Positions 20,171-29,973 of a stretch of 64,000 nucleotides of DNA are shown piece after piece. Source of the stretch: an uncultured Verrucomicrobiae bacterium (GTDB lineage: Bacteria > Chlamydiota > Chlamydiia > Chlamydiales > Rhabdochlamydiaceae); assembly GCA_963806855.1 (NCBI GenBank), contig CAWDYW010000001.1, forward strand, positions 1,056,001 through 1,120,000, read 5' to 3'. The notes beneath the pieces are model-generated. The model was not told the origin of the DNA and searched no databases. It was given only the letters and a program-made list of their open reading frames with translations. A program made the position numbers and the translations under genes. Position 1 is the stretch's first letter. The number at the start of each line of letters is the position of its first letter.

Positions 20171-21484
20171 TTAGGACTGGGAGGAAGCGCTCCTCCCTGT
20201 TATAAATTTTTTTGAAATAAACGGATAGTGATATCCATCAGAGCGTTGAATAAGGCGGCAATCTTTCCAGTTGATACCTTGGACAACTCCCTGTTCAGTC
20301 TGTATATTAAAGCTGCCAGATGCACGAACAGCTACTCGTCCTGTGTATTGACCTATTTTTTTACCTTTTAAGACTTTAGCTATTACCCGATCGCCTGTTT
20401 GGAATCCATGCACCCGTTTCTGTCTTGTCAAAATTCCTCGACGGGATCCAAAACGATCTAAACGAGTTCTTTGATAAGCCCCTCTTCCAGTGCAATGAAT
20501 CTGTTGAATTGGCTTTTGCCAGTTGTGCAGCTCCGAAAATGTTCCGGTGCACGCTGCGTCCAGTGCATGTGTTTTTGGAATATGTAAACGAATCCGGTTA
20601 TATTTGGTTTGCCCTCCGGTTCCTGCCTCAAATGCTATAGGCAATTCTTTCAAACAGCGCGTCAGTGCATTGCGCGTACTGTTCACTGCGGCAGCATCAT
20701 GAAATCTGACTGCTTTAGAAATTGTTAGAGCTTGCTTAGGAGCAAATTGCTCAAGTGATGAATTTCCTTTTTTTAAATTACAGCTGCCACATGCAAGAGT
20801 CAGGTTATCGATCTTATTGGATCCTCCCAGGCTGCGAGGTTCAATATGGTCGATTTGCAGGGGAACTTCTTTCGCATTGCAATAGACACATTTTCGTCCC
20901 CATTTTTCAAGGAGGTATTCCCGAATCTCATAACCAAAAAGGGTTCCTTGTTGGTATTCAACTCCGCCTATTTCAGGATTCATGAGTTTCTGTACATCAA
21001 AACGGACAGTTTCACAGGTGATAGCGGTGAGGGGAAGGTAGCGCATTAAACGCTTTGTCCAGTTCAGGACCGCATCGACTCGATGCTGCAATGAGGGTGC
21101 AATCCATCCCGCTTTTCGACACCTGTTAGCAAAGCGAGGAGCTCGATACCGTAATTTAGATCTCCGTTGTTTTCGCATCCCTGAGCGTGCTATTAGCCTT
21201 TCACTAATTGTGCGTCCACGATGACGAATTTCCATGAGTGAGAGAACTGTTTGCTTCTCTCCATTTTCTAAAACGATGGCAACTCCTGTATTTATACTTC
21301 CTGGGTCAATTTTAATACGCACTGGTTGCAAAACTGAAGTTTGTACTGTACGGTCGACTAAGCGAATAACGAAGGGATACATAGAATGTATCCGTGCCCT
21401 TTTTTTAGTTAGCAGGCGCTTTGCTCTTTTTTCAGAGCAAGGCATTAACGGTGTATGATTTTTATCTAATACTACTACAGCCAA
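20171..21484 (-). CDS. iscB: RNA-guided endonuclease IscB
   Basis: PLMP, RuvC-I IDPGS, Arg-rich bridge helix, RuvC-II ETVRFD, CVYC..DHIEP..GGSN..NL..AC..CN HNH domain, RuvC-III HALDA. Confidence 0.95.
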   Translation of the reverse strand: MAVVVLDKNHTPLMPCSEKRAKRLLTKKRARIHSMYPFVIRLVDRTVQTSVLQPVRIKIDPGSINTGVAIVLENGEKQTVLSLMEIRHRGRTISERLIARSGMRKQRRSKLRYRAPRFANRCRKAGWIAPSLQHRVDAVLNWTKRLMRYLPLTAITCETVRFDVQKLMNPEIGGVEYQQGTLFGYEIREYLLEKWGRKCVYCNAKEVPLQIDHIEPRSLGGSNKIDNLTLACGSCNLKKGNSSLEQFAPKQALTISKAVRFHDAAAVNSTRNALTRCLKELPIAFEAGTGGQTKYNRIRLHIPKTHALDAACTGTFSELHNWQKPIQQIHCTGRGAYQRTRLDRFGSRRGILTRQKRVHGFQTGDRVIAKVLKGKKIGQYTGRVAVRASGSFNIQTEQGVVQGINWKDCRLIQRSDGYHYPFISKKFITGRSASSQS

Positions 21485-21499
21485 TGACTGTCTCTCCTT

Positions 21500-21784
21500 A
21501 AAACACTAAAAAATTGCCATTACTGGCCTTGTAACGCCCCATCTACTTACGTTTCTGGGGTCTCCCCTCGGGAATGTTGTAACACAGCATCATGTAGCAA
21601 TCCGTTTCGTCCTTACCCTATCGGTTGTCTGCAACTGCTACTTCCAGTGTCCGGAGCTGAGGAAGCACTCCGGAGTGGGTCTTTAACCTTGTTACAACGT
21701 AGCGGGTTGGTTACCGCTTTCCCTGTTCAACTTAGGCTTGTTAGTTTCCCTCCAAGCCTCTCCCTTTAGGGAGGGGTAGTTGAC
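21500..21784 (-). ncRNA. omegaRNA (HEARO-type) scaffold of IscB copy 1
   Basis: About 290-nt non-coding region upstream of iscB, conserved in copy 2, multiple hairpins; 3' end approximate. Confidence 0.85.
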
Positions 21785-21787
21785 GGG

Positions 21788-23785
21788 CTAACGCTCTTCG
21801 TGTAGATGGGGGTGCTGCGCCAGGAACTCTTGGAACTCGGAGGTGGAGCGGAGCCCTTCGAGCCACTCGTCGCCGAGGAGCTCATCCATTGGGGGGAGAG
21901 CGGCAAAATGGCTCGCTTTTTGCAAGAAGAGCATTGCCCGATCGTTTTGCTGCAGCAGGGAGAAGATGCAGCTGAGGTGATAGTAGGCTTGGGCATTGCC
22001 CAGTTTGGCTGCGAGGGTCATTTTTTGCTCGGCCTCATTCATCAGCTGCTGTACGTCGGTGAGGATCGGGGTGTGCTGTGCGATGTTGACAAGGGCGATG
22101 CCCCAATCGAGGATCATCTGGTCGTTGTCTTCGTCGTGGCGCAAGGCGAGGCGGAGGTGGTGGATCGCACGGTAAAAATAGTCAATCTCATTCATCAATT
22201 CGCCGAGATGGCAAAAGGCTTGCGCAAGGCGATGGTGAATGTGGTGGAAGTCGGGGTCGACCATCAGGACGTGAGAGAAGATTTCGATGGCGCGGACATA
22301 AAATTTTTCGTCGTCGTGGTAATCGCCGAGCATGTCGAGGGTAGAGGCGTAGCTGAAGAGCCATTCAGGGTGGAGGTAGACGGCGTTTTTCTGCATGCTG
22401 AGAGCCACTTCAAAGTGGTAGATCGACTGCTCGAGCCATTTTTTCTCGTGGGTCATCTCGCCGAGTTTGGAGAGGGATTTGGCATAGTCGATATGGCGTG
22501 TGCTCGATTCGACGAGGCTAAGGGTTTTTTCGTAGAATTTGAGTGACTGGATGAGCAGATCGCTGTCGCCTTCGAGGGTTCCAACTTTCGTATAGGTATT
22601 GGCGATCGCATGCCAGAGTTCATCATCGGAGCGGTCAATCGAAAGGCCGATCTGAAATTTTTCGATCGCTTGATAGTAGTAGTCGTAGTCGTTGAAGTAG
22701 GCGCCAAAGCAGCAGAAGCACATGCCGAGGCTGTACCAAAGGGCAGGATCGTCTTCGTCGATTTCAAAGGCTTCGGCGATTTTGTTTTCGGCTTCGTAAA
22801 TGAGGTCGAGCCGCTCGGTCAGTTGGCCGAGGAGGGCGAGCGCTTCAGCCCAAGTGGCTAGGGTGAGCGGATTTTCATTGTCGCAGGCATAGGCACGGTG
22901 GCACTTTTCTAAGCAGAGGCGGAGTCTTTTGAGGTCGCTACTGCGCCGAGCGCTATTGAGGAGAAACCCTGCCCACTCGAGCCAATGATCAGCCTCTTGG
23001 GGGGCAATCTTGGAACAATTGGCATAGCACTCATTGGCTTGCAAGAAATGATCTTCATCGTGGGTATATTCGTAGAGGGCGCTGAGGGCGTCAGCTAGGC
23101 CGCTCCAGCTATCAAAGCAGCTATCATCTTGGGAGATCGCATGTTTATAGCAGCCCACCGCTTTGATGACTTGGCGCACATCCATCACGAGGGGGGCCAA
23201 GGAGAGGGCTGCCAGGCCGAAGTCAATCCAAAAGTCAGCGGGCAGTCGCTGAGCTGCTTCGATAGCGCTCTCAAAGGAGTGGATCGCTTTTTGATAATCG
23301 ACCGCTTCACCTGAATGGTCGCCAATATAGCCCCAAATGATCCCATGATCCCATAGAAGGTCGGCCGATGGGGTGTCTATCTCCATCGCTTGTTCATACT
23401 TGTTTTTAGCATCGACAAAGTAGTGGTGCTCATTCTGCCTTTCACCAAGTAGGGCCAGTGTATTGCCCCAGGCATGGAGCGCATCGATGTTGGCAGGATC
23501 GAGGCGGTGGGCTAATTTAAATTTCTTACATGCTAGAAGGAGCGCCTGCTCACGACCTTCTTCACTGCCGTACTCAAAGAGGGAGAGCCCTTCTCGGTAA
23601 TAAAGGGAAGGATCGGAATCACCCAGCATCGTCTCTGCTTTGCGGAAAGCATCGAGCCCTTCAGCCAAATGGCCTTGGAGCAGCCGCTCTTCACCTAAAG
23701 AGACCAGCGACTGTGCCGGATCATTTAGGGGTAGGGCGTCCAGAGAGCATACTTGTGAATAAGCCTTGAAATCCATCCATCTCAC
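21788..23785 (-). CDS. Tetratricopeptide repeat protein
   Basis: Repeated helical TPR-like units (W...G.AL, A...F..A) over 665 aa. Confidence 0.85.
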   Translation of the reverse strand: MRWMDFKAYSQVCSLDALPLNDPAQSLVSLGEERLLQGHLAEGLDAFRKAETMLGDSDPSLYYREGLSLFEYGSEEGREQALLLACKKFKLAHRLDPANIDALHAWGNTLALLGERQNEHHYFVDAKNKYEQAMEIDTPSADLLWDHGIIWGYIGDHSGEAVDYQKAIHSFESAIEAAQRLPADFWIDFGLAALSLAPLVMDVRQVIKAVGCYKHAISQDDSCFDSWSGLADALSALYEYTHDEDHFLQANECYANCSKIAPQEADHWLEWAGFLLNSARRSSDLKRLRLCLEKCHRAYACDNENPLTLATWAEALALLGQLTERLDLIYEAENKIAEAFEIDEDDPALWYSLGMCFCCFGAYFNDYDYYYQAIEKFQIGLSIDRSDDELWHAIANTYTKVGTLEGDSDLLIQSLKFYEKTLSLVESSTRHIDYAKSLSKLGEMTHEKKWLEQSIYHFEVALSMQKNAVYLHPEWLFSYASTLDMLGDYHDDEKFYVRAIEIFSHVLMVDPDFHHIHHRLAQAFCHLGELMNEIDYFYRAIHHLRLALRHDEDNDQMILDWGIALVNIAQHTPILTDVQQLMNEAEQKMTLAAKLGNAQAYYHLSCIFSLLQQNDRAMLFLQKASHFAALPPMDELLGDEWLEGLRSTSEFQEFLAQHPHLHEER

Positions 23786-23906
23786 CTTTGTGGTAAATGT
23801 GGGAGTATAAAAAAGGGGGATTTTTTCTACAATCTATACCCGTTTCTTTACTGATTTGATGTGGGTTTATTTGGTTGAACTTAAAACAGTTAGAACAAAT
23901 GAGAAG

Positions 23907-25121
23907 TCAAATAAAAATTTTTGTTAAAGAAGATTGTTTAGAGGGAAGGGGGTGAAGGGATATGATAATTTTTTTTGGAATTTTATAGCGGGGTAGAGAG
24001 TGCTGAAGAGCTCTCTGAATGTGATCAACCGCGAGCTCTTTTTTGCAATAGAGTGTTGCGACTGGACGCATTCCAAATTCTGGATCAGCTTCTGACACGA
24101 CGCGTGCTTCAATCACATCGGCAAGTTGCAACAGAGCTGCTTCAATTTCCTCAGGAATGATGTTCTCTCCGCCCGAAATAAACTGCCGATCTTTTCTCCC
24201 CACAATTTCGAGCATTGGATTCGCGATGTCGCCTGTAGCAAACCATTCGGGGATTGCCTCTTTTCCAAAATAACGCTCGAGCAGTGAGGGCCCTTTAAGA
24301 AGGATCTCTCCTTCGTCGGAAAGTTTCAGTTGGAAGTGGGGGAGGACTGAGATAGGGCAGCCGGGAGGTTTTATTAAGGCCATCGATGCAGATTCGGTCA
24401 TTCCATAAGAGCAATAAATAGGCAATTGTCTTGAAATCGCCTCATTATAGAGAGAAGGGGAGAGAGGCGCGCCACCGACGAGCAGACATTTAAGTTTGGG
24501 GAGCGGCTCATTTTTTTCAATTAGGCGGAAGAGTTGAGTCGGTACCATTGAGATATGTGTCGCGGCATCTCCTGGAAAAACGAGAGTAGCGCCTGCGACA
24601 AAAGTGCGGAGCATCGTCGCAATGCCTGAAATGTGGAAGAGGGGGAGGTTCAAACAATAGGTGTCACCCATTTGTAGATTGAGGGCATTAGCGCAAGAAC
24701 GAGCAGAAATGAGATGGCTTTTAAATATGTGGCAAACAATCTTTGCAGAAGAAGAGGTTTCAATAAGGGTGGCAAGAGCATTTTCGTCGATGGTATCGAT
24801 TTCTAGGGGGGGGCCAAACTCCGGCGAAACGAGCGCTGCGCCGGTTTTTTGGAGTCGCTCTTCAATGGCCGGTTGGGGGTGTCTGAAGCTGATCGGATAA
24901 ACCGCTTTTCCCATCCGCCAAGCAGCGAAAAAAAAGGCAACATCTATATAGGAGCCCTCCGGCACGAAGGCCAAGATATTTTCAGGAATCGAGCGGATAG
25001 CGCCGCATAGGCGGCCGATCATCCCATCAAGTTCCCGGTAGGTGATTCCGGGTAAGGCGAGCGCTTCAGGACGCTCCTGTTTCCAATTCGCAACAGGACA
25101 AGGTATCATTTTTATCTTCAA
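23907..25121 (-). CDS. menE: o-succinylbenzoate-CoA ligase
   Basis: LPLFHISG, SYGMTE, ATGD, GRKDRQFISGGENI.PEEIE; men operon context. Confidence 0.9.
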   Translation of the reverse strand: MKIKMIPCPVANWKQERPEALALPGITYRELDGMIGRLCGAIRSIPENILAFVPEGSYIDVAFFFAAWRMGKAVYPISFRHPQPAIEERLQKTGAALVSPEFGPPLEIDTIDENALATLIETSSSAKIVCHIFKSHLISARSCANALNLQMGDTYCLNLPLFHISGIATMLRTFVAGATLVFPGDAATHISMVPTQLFRLIEKNEPLPKLKCLLVGGAPLSPSLYNEAISRQLPIYCSYGMTESASMALIKPPGCPISVLPHFQLKLSDEGEILLKGPSLLERYFGKEAIPEWFATGDIANPMLEIVGRKDRQFISGGENIIPEEIEAALLQLADVIEARVVSEADPEFGMRPVATLYCKKELAVDHIQRALQHSLPRYKIPKKIIISLHPLPSKQSSLTKIFI

Positions 25122-25974
25122 AGTAACGGAGTGTGTCGAGTCCGTGATAGGTATCGGTCAAACCTAAACGGTGGATCAGTTTTTCGATTTGGGCAATGCC
25201 GATCGGGCTCTCAAAGCTACTGGTCAGCACCACTTTTGGGCCTAAATTGAGCAGATGGGTGAAGGGGTAGGCCATTGTCGGTTTAATGATAAAGGCTTTG
25301 AGATTTTTCGAGCGCAAAAAGGGCTTAAGATCCTTATGATCGCGGAGTGTTTCATCCAAGGCGAAAGGATAGGGGAAGTGAATGAGATCTTTGGGGGTGG
25401 AGGTGGGCTCTTCGATATATTCAAAATGATCCTGAGGAAAGTTCTGGCAGAAAGAGAGCGTATCCTCTGTTTTCCATTTCCGATTTAGATCGAGGCGCAA
25501 GAGGAAGCGATCACCCAGTTTTTCGATCAAATCTAGAGCAGATTCTGGAGTAAAGTGACCAAGTTTAATTTTCGCACGACGATGCCCTTCTGCATAGACT
25601 TCATCGGCCAGATGTAAAATCTCTTCTGGAGAGCCGAAGAGAAGGGCATACTTGCAGCAGGCGAGAGTTTCGACTGGCGGCTCGAGCAGATCAATTAAGG
25701 CTGACTCGACCCCAAAGTAAACCGAAGAACAGAGCCCGAGGCTATCTAAATTGTGGAGGGCTTGTTTGGTCCACCAAGTGGTCAGGAGCTTCTTGGTGAT
25801 CTTTTGCAATTGTTGGTAGGCATCATCGAGAGTCTCGGTGCTGTAACCGGGCAGGGGCGAAATTTCGGCGGTTGCCACCCTTCCATCTTGGCCTGTGAGT
25901 TGCAATAAAATTCCTTTGCGTAGACAGCAGCTATCGATCAGGAAGGGGGTGAATTTACAGCTTTTAATAATCAT
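25066..25974 (-). CDS. menC: o-succinylbenzoate synthase
   Basis: EISPLPGYS.E, KIKLG, LRLDLN, YIEEP, ALDE, IIKPT; start at MIIKSC (25974), immediately after the IscB element. Confidence 0.88.
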   Translation of the reverse strand: MIIKSCKFTPFLIDSCCLRKGILLQLTGQDGRVATAEISPLPGYSTETLDDAYQQLQKITKKLLTTWWTKQALHNLDSLGLCSSVYFGVESALIDLLEPPVETLACCKYALLFGSPEEILHLADEVYAEGHRRAKIKLGHFTPESALDLIEKLGDRFLLRLDLNRKWKTEDTLSFCQNFPQDHFEYIEEPTSTPKDLIHFPYPFALDETLRDHKDLKPFLRSKNLKAFIIKPTMAYPFTHLLNLGPKVVLTSSFESPIGIAQIEKLIHRLGLTDTYHGLDTLRYFEDKNDTLSCCELETGAS

Positions 25975-25975
25975 C

Positions 25976-27316
25976 TTATTTGACAGCGCGGAAACCCAAT
26001 CCTTTAGGACTGGGAGGAAGCGCTCCTCCTGTTGTAAATTTTTTTGAAATAGACGGATAGTGATATCCATCAGAGCGTTGAATAAGGCGGCAATCTTTCC
26101 AGTTGATACCTTGGATAACTCCCTCTTCAGTCTGTATATTAAAGCTGCCAGAGGCACGAACAGCTACCCGTCCTGTGTATTGACCTACTTTTTTACCCTT
26201 TAAGACTTTCGCTATTACCCGATCACCTGTTTGGAATCCACGCACTCGTTTCTGTCTTGTCAAAATCCCTCGACGGGATCCAAAACGATCTAAACGAGTT
26301 CTTTGATAAGCCCCTCTTCCTGTGCAATGAATCTGTTGGATTGGCTTTTGCCAGTTGTGCAGCTCTGAAAATGTTCCGGTGCACGCTGCGTCCAGTGCAT
26401 GTGTTTTTGGAATATGTAAACGAATCCGGTTATATTTGGTTTGACCTCCGGTTCCTGCCTCAAATGCTATAGGCAACTCTTTCAAACAACGCATCAGTGC
26501 ATTGCGCGTACTGTTCACTGCGGCAGCATCACGAAATCTGGCTCCTTTAGAAATTGTTAGAGCTTGTTCAGGAGCAAATTGCTCAAGTGATGAGTTCCCT
26601 TTTTTTAAATTACAGCTGCCACATGCAAGAGTCAGGTTATCGATCTTATTGGATCCTCCGCGGCTGCGAGGTTCAATATGGTCGATTTGCAGGGGAACTT
26701 CTTTCGCGTTGCAATAGACACATTTTCGACCCCATTTTTCAAGAAGGTATTCCCGAATCTCATAACCAAAAAGGGTTCCTTGTTGGTATTCAACTCCGCC
26801 TATTTCAGGATTCATGAGTTTCTGTACATCAAAACGGACAGTTTCACAGGTGATAGCGGTAAGGGGAATGTAGCGCATTAAACGCTTAGTCCAGTTCAGG
26901 ACCGCATCGACTCGATGTTGCAATGAGGGTGCAATCCATCCCGCTTTTCGACACCTGTTAGCAAAGCGAGGAGCTCGATACCGTAATTTAGATCTCCGTT
27001 GTTTTCGCATCCCTGAGCGTGCTATTAGCCTTTCACTAATTGTGCGTCCACGATGACGAATTTCCATGAGTGAGAGAACTGTTTGCTTCTCTCCATTTTC
27101 TAAAACGATGGCAACTCCTGTATTTATACTTCCTGGGTCAATTTTAATACGCACTGGTTGCAAAACTGAAGTTTGCACTGTACGGTCGACTAAACGAATG
27201 ACGAAGGGATACATAGAATGTATCCGTGCCCTTTTTTTAGTTAGCAGGCGCTTTGCTCTTCTTTCAGAGCAAGGCATTAACGGTGTATGATTTTTATCTA
27301 ATACTAAAACAGCCAA
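25976..27316 (-). CDS. iscB: RNA-guided endonuclease IscB (446 aa)
   Basis: Same PLMP, RuvC, bridge-helix and HNH motifs as copy 1; ends GGALPPSPKGLGFRAVK. Confidence 0.95.
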   Translation of the reverse strand: MAVLVLDKNHTPLMPCSERRAKRLLTKKRARIHSMYPFVIRLVDRTVQTSVLQPVRIKIDPGSINTGVAIVLENGEKQTVLSLMEIRHRGRTISERLIARSGMRKQRRSKLRYRAPRFANRCRKAGWIAPSLQHRVDAVLNWTKRLMRYIPLTAITCETVRFDVQKLMNPEIGGVEYQQGTLFGYEIREYLLEKWGRKCVYCNAKEVPLQIDHIEPRSRGGSNKIDNLTLACGSCNLKKGNSSLEQFAPEQALTISKGARFRDAAAVNSTRNALMRCLKELPIAFEAGTGGQTKYNRIRLHIPKTHALDAACTGTFSELHNWQKPIQQIHCTGRGAYQRTRLDRFGSRRGILTRQKRVRGFQTGDRVIAKVLKGKKVGQYTGRVAVRASGSFNIQTEEGVIQGINWKDCRLIQRSDGYHYPSISKKFTTGGALPPSPKGLGFRAVK

Positions 27317-27331
27317 TGACTGTCTCTCCTT

Positions 27332-27619
27332 AAAAACACTAAAAAATTGCCATTACTGGCCTTGTAACGCCCCATCTACTTACGCTTCTGGGGTCTCCCC
27401 TCGGGAATGTTGTAACACAGGCATCACGTAGCAATCCGTTTCGTCCTTACCCTATCGGTTGTCTGCAACTGCTACTTCCAGAGTCCGGAGCTGAGGAAGC
27501 ACTCCGGAGTGGGTCTTTAACCTTAATTACAACGTAGCGGGTTGGTTACCGCTTTCCCTGTTCAACTTAGGCTTGTTAGTCTCTCTCCAAGCCTCTCCCT
27601 TTAGGGAGGGGTAGTTGAC
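27332..27619 (-). ncRNA. omegaRNA scaffold of IscB copy 2
   Basis: Near-identical to the copy 1 upstream region; 3' end approximate. Confidence 0.85.
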
Positions 27620-28476
27620 AGTAGATAACCGATGGAAAAAATGGTTGTATAGAATAATAACAGCTTGCCCGTCTTTCCAAAAAGGGGGGTGTAGGCGTAA
27701 GGGTCTTGATTTTTTACGACCGCTTGCACAAGCAGCGCAGCCGGGATGAAGCAGAGGCAGCACAAAAGAATCAGCAGATGTTTTTCATGGAACCAAATGG
27801 GGATAAGGAGCGCACCAAAAATGACCGTTGCAAATTCCCATTTTCCAAACGTAGTTCCAAAACGGCAAATGAGGTTTTTTCGGCCCGCTTTTCGATCCTC
27901 TTCGACATCGCGCAGGTTGTTGATGATTAGAATGGCGCAAGAGAGTAGGCCTGGTGCGAGTCCAGCGATGCCAACATGGGGATTCCACTCGAGAGTCTGT
28001 AGATAGTAGGTGCTCATGGTTGCAACAGGGCCAAAAAAGACCAAAACGAAGAATTCGGCGATTCCAAGATAGGCCAGCGGCAGTGGGCCTGCAGTATAGG
28101 CCAGTGCAAAAACTAAAGCCAGTGCAACTAGAGCGGAGATGATCCAACCGCCCTGCATAATCAGGATGCATCCACAGATTGCTGTAAAAGCCATCACCGC
28201 AAAGATCATCTGCTTCATCTGCACGACGTTAAGCAGACCGCTCGCCGTCACACGGGTGGGCCCTTTTCGAGAAGGCTTGTCAGCCCCTTTTAAGTAATCA
28301 AAGAGGTCGTTGGCCATGTTGGCGGAGATTTGGATTCCCAGCCCAGTGAGCAGAGTAAATAGCAATACCCAGAGATGGAAATGGCCACTCGCATAGGCCA
28401 TTACAGTGCCGATGCAGATCGGACTTAAGCCAGCGATCAAGGTTTTAGGTCTAGAAGCAATAATGAATTTTTTCAC
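27601..28476 (-). CDS. menA: 1,4-dihydroxy-2-naphthoate octaprenyltransferase
   Basis: [34 protein letters not shown]; the last residues STTPP come from the IscB element. Confidence 0.95.
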   Translation of the reverse strand: MKKFIIASRPKTLIAGLSPICIGTVMAYASGHFHLWVLLFTLLTGLGIQISANMANDLFDYLKGADKPSRKGPTRVTASGLLNVVQMKQMIFAVMAFTAICGCILIMQGGWIISALVALALVFALAYTAGPLPLAYLGIAEFFVLVFFGPVATMSTYYLQTLEWNPHVGIAGLAPGLLSCAILIINNLRDVEEDRKAGRKNLICRFGTTFGKWEFATVIFGALLIPIWFHEKHLLILLCCLCFIPAALLVQAVVKNQDPYAYTPLFGKTGKLLLFYTTIFSIGYLLSTTPP

Positions 28477-29318
28477 GGCCGTTTCGGGAATTTAGAAAAG
28501 TCTGGTTTCTGTTTTTTTAGGTAGGAACGGTGTCCCTCTTTTGCCTCTTCTGACATGTAGTAGAGCAGGGTTGCGTTGCCAGCGAGCTCTTGCACGCCGG
28601 ATAGTCCATCGATGTCGGCGTTGAATGCCGATTTTAGACAGCGAAGCGCCAGCGGAGAGTGTTCAAGCATCTGCTCACACCATTCAACTGTCGTCTTCTC
28701 GAGTGCCTCATAAGGGACAACCACGTTGACAAGGCCCATATCGAGTGCCTCTTGGGCTGAATATCTGCCGCACATGAACCAAATTTCGCGCGCCTTTTTC
28801 TGTCCGACGATGCGAGCGAGCAGACCAGCGCCATACCCGCCGTCGAAGGAGCCCACTTTCGGTCCAGTTTGTCCAAAGATTGCATTGTCGGCGCAGATAG
28901 TCAAATCGCAGACTACATGGAGCACATGACCGCCGCCGATCGCATAGCCGGCCACCATGGCGATCACCGGTTTGGGACAAGAGCGGATTTGCTTTTGCAG
29001 ATCGAGCACATTGAGCCGATCCATTCCTAAACCATCCGTATATCCTGCATCTCCGCGGATCCGCTGATCTCCGCCGGAGCAAAAAGCCTCTTTTCCTTCT
29101 CCGCAGAGAATGATCACGCCGATCTTCTCATCCATTCTGGCATCTAAAAGGGCCGCAGACATCTCATCAACTGTAATGGGGCGAAACGCATTGCGCACTT
29201 CGGGGCGGTTGATCGTGATCTTGGCGATCCCATCCATTTTGTGGTACTTGATATCCTGAAATTTCTTCACTTCAATCCATGAAAATTTGGGAGTAGTGCA
29301 TTCAATAGTGTTCATCAA
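28473..29318 (-). CDS. menB: 1,4-dihydroxy-2-naphthoyl-CoA synthase
   Basis: [33 protein letters not shown]. Confidence 0.97.
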   Translation of the reverse strand: MMNTIECTTPKFSWIEVKKFQDIKYHKMDGIAKITINRPEVRNAFRPITVDEMSAALLDARMDEKIGVIILCGEGKEAFCSGGDQRIRGDAGYTDGLGMDRLNVLDLQKQIRSCPKPVIAMVAGYAIGGGHVLHVVCDLTICADNAIFGQTGPKVGSFDGGYGAGLLARIVGQKKAREIWFMCGRYSAQEALDMGLVNVVVPYEALEKTTVEWCEQMLEHSPLALRCLKSAFNADIDGLSGVQELAGNATLLYYMSEEAKEGHRSYLKKQKPDFSKFPKRP

Positions 29319-29973
29319 GTGCTCCTTTTATGATCTTTGAGCAAGCCTTTGGGTTTTCCAAATGGACCGCATGGCCTGCATTTTCGATAGGGAAAATTCT
29401 CGTCGTCGTGACAAGTTTACGATATAGCATTGCATATTTCAAGTCTTCTTTGCCGTGAGCGAAAATTGTGCTGGGAAATATCTCTGAGTTGCTTTTTTTG
29501 GCGAGGCTATAATGCTCCAAAAATTGGGCGAGATGGAGCGGGTTTTGGGTTTTGCGCCTGGCGAGGATGGTTTGGAACTGCGGATGGTTTTTCAAACTGG
29601 TGAAGAGCTCCTGGCTGTACCATTGTTCAAGGAAGTCCTCGAACGGGGCAGTCTTGAGTAGATGAACCCATTTTTGGTCAATCAGAGAGCGGGCTTTTTT
29701 TTCTTCTTCAGTTTTTAGGCCAGGATGAGCTGAGAGGGCGATGATCCGCCCATAATCTTCAGGGAATCGAGTCTTCAACTCTAAGGCAATTCTCCCTCCA
29801 GCCGAATAACCGATTACAAATTTTGCCTTCGGGACCATTTCTTTAATAGCCAGAGCGATATCGTCCGCTCCATAAGGCAAATCGATACAGGTTGATTCCA
29901 CATCAGGAAGATGAGTCAAGAGGGGATTCCAGTCCTCCTTCTGCCCTAAGAAGCCGTGCAGAAAGAGGAGCAT
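29302..29973 (-). CDS. menH: SHCHC synthase (alpha/beta hydrolase)
   Basis: [24 protein letters not shown]; start placed at MLLFLHG. Confidence 0.85.
   Translation of the reverse strand: MLLFLHGFLGQKEDWNPLLTHLPDVESTCIDLPYGADDIALAIKEMVPKAKFVIGYSAGGRIALELKTRFPEDYGRIIALSAHPGLKTEEEKKARSLIDQKWVHLLKTAPFEDFLEQWYSQELFTSLKNHPQFQTILARRKTQNPLHLAQFLEHYSLAKKSNSEIFPSTIFAHGKEDLKYAMLYRKLVTTTRIFPIENAGHAVHLENPKACSKIIKGALDEHY

Larger units (their letters stand above)
20142..21784 (-). mobile_element. IS200/IS605-superfamily non-autonomous IscB element, copy 1 (about 1643 bp)
   Basis: Boundaries taken from identity with copy 2. 5' end GTCAACTACCCCTCCCTAAAGGGAG; 3' hairpin CCCAGTCC-TAAA-GGACTGGG; no tnpA. Confidence 0.92.
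25975..27619 (-). mobile_element. IS200/IS605-superfamily non-autonomous IscB element, copy 2 (about 1645 bp)
   Basis: Near-identical to 20142..21784 with the same ends; inserted at the menA/menC junction. Confidence 0.92.

Noticed and set aside
20171..21484. Cas9 or plain HNH endonuclease call for the RuvC+HNH ORFs
   Set aside because: About 440 aa with a PLMP N-terminus, no REC lobe, an upstream omegaRNA and IS ends identify IscB.
25975..26157. 61-aa N-terminal extension of MenC in the ORF track
   Set aside because: It lies inside the IscB element. The real start is the ATG at 25974.
20142..27619. IStron (group I intron-IS hybrid) explanation for the harmless insertions
   Set aside because: The non-coding part is only about 290 nt and is accounted for by the omegaRNA. 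I recognised no group I core, and the insertions lie at gene junctions.
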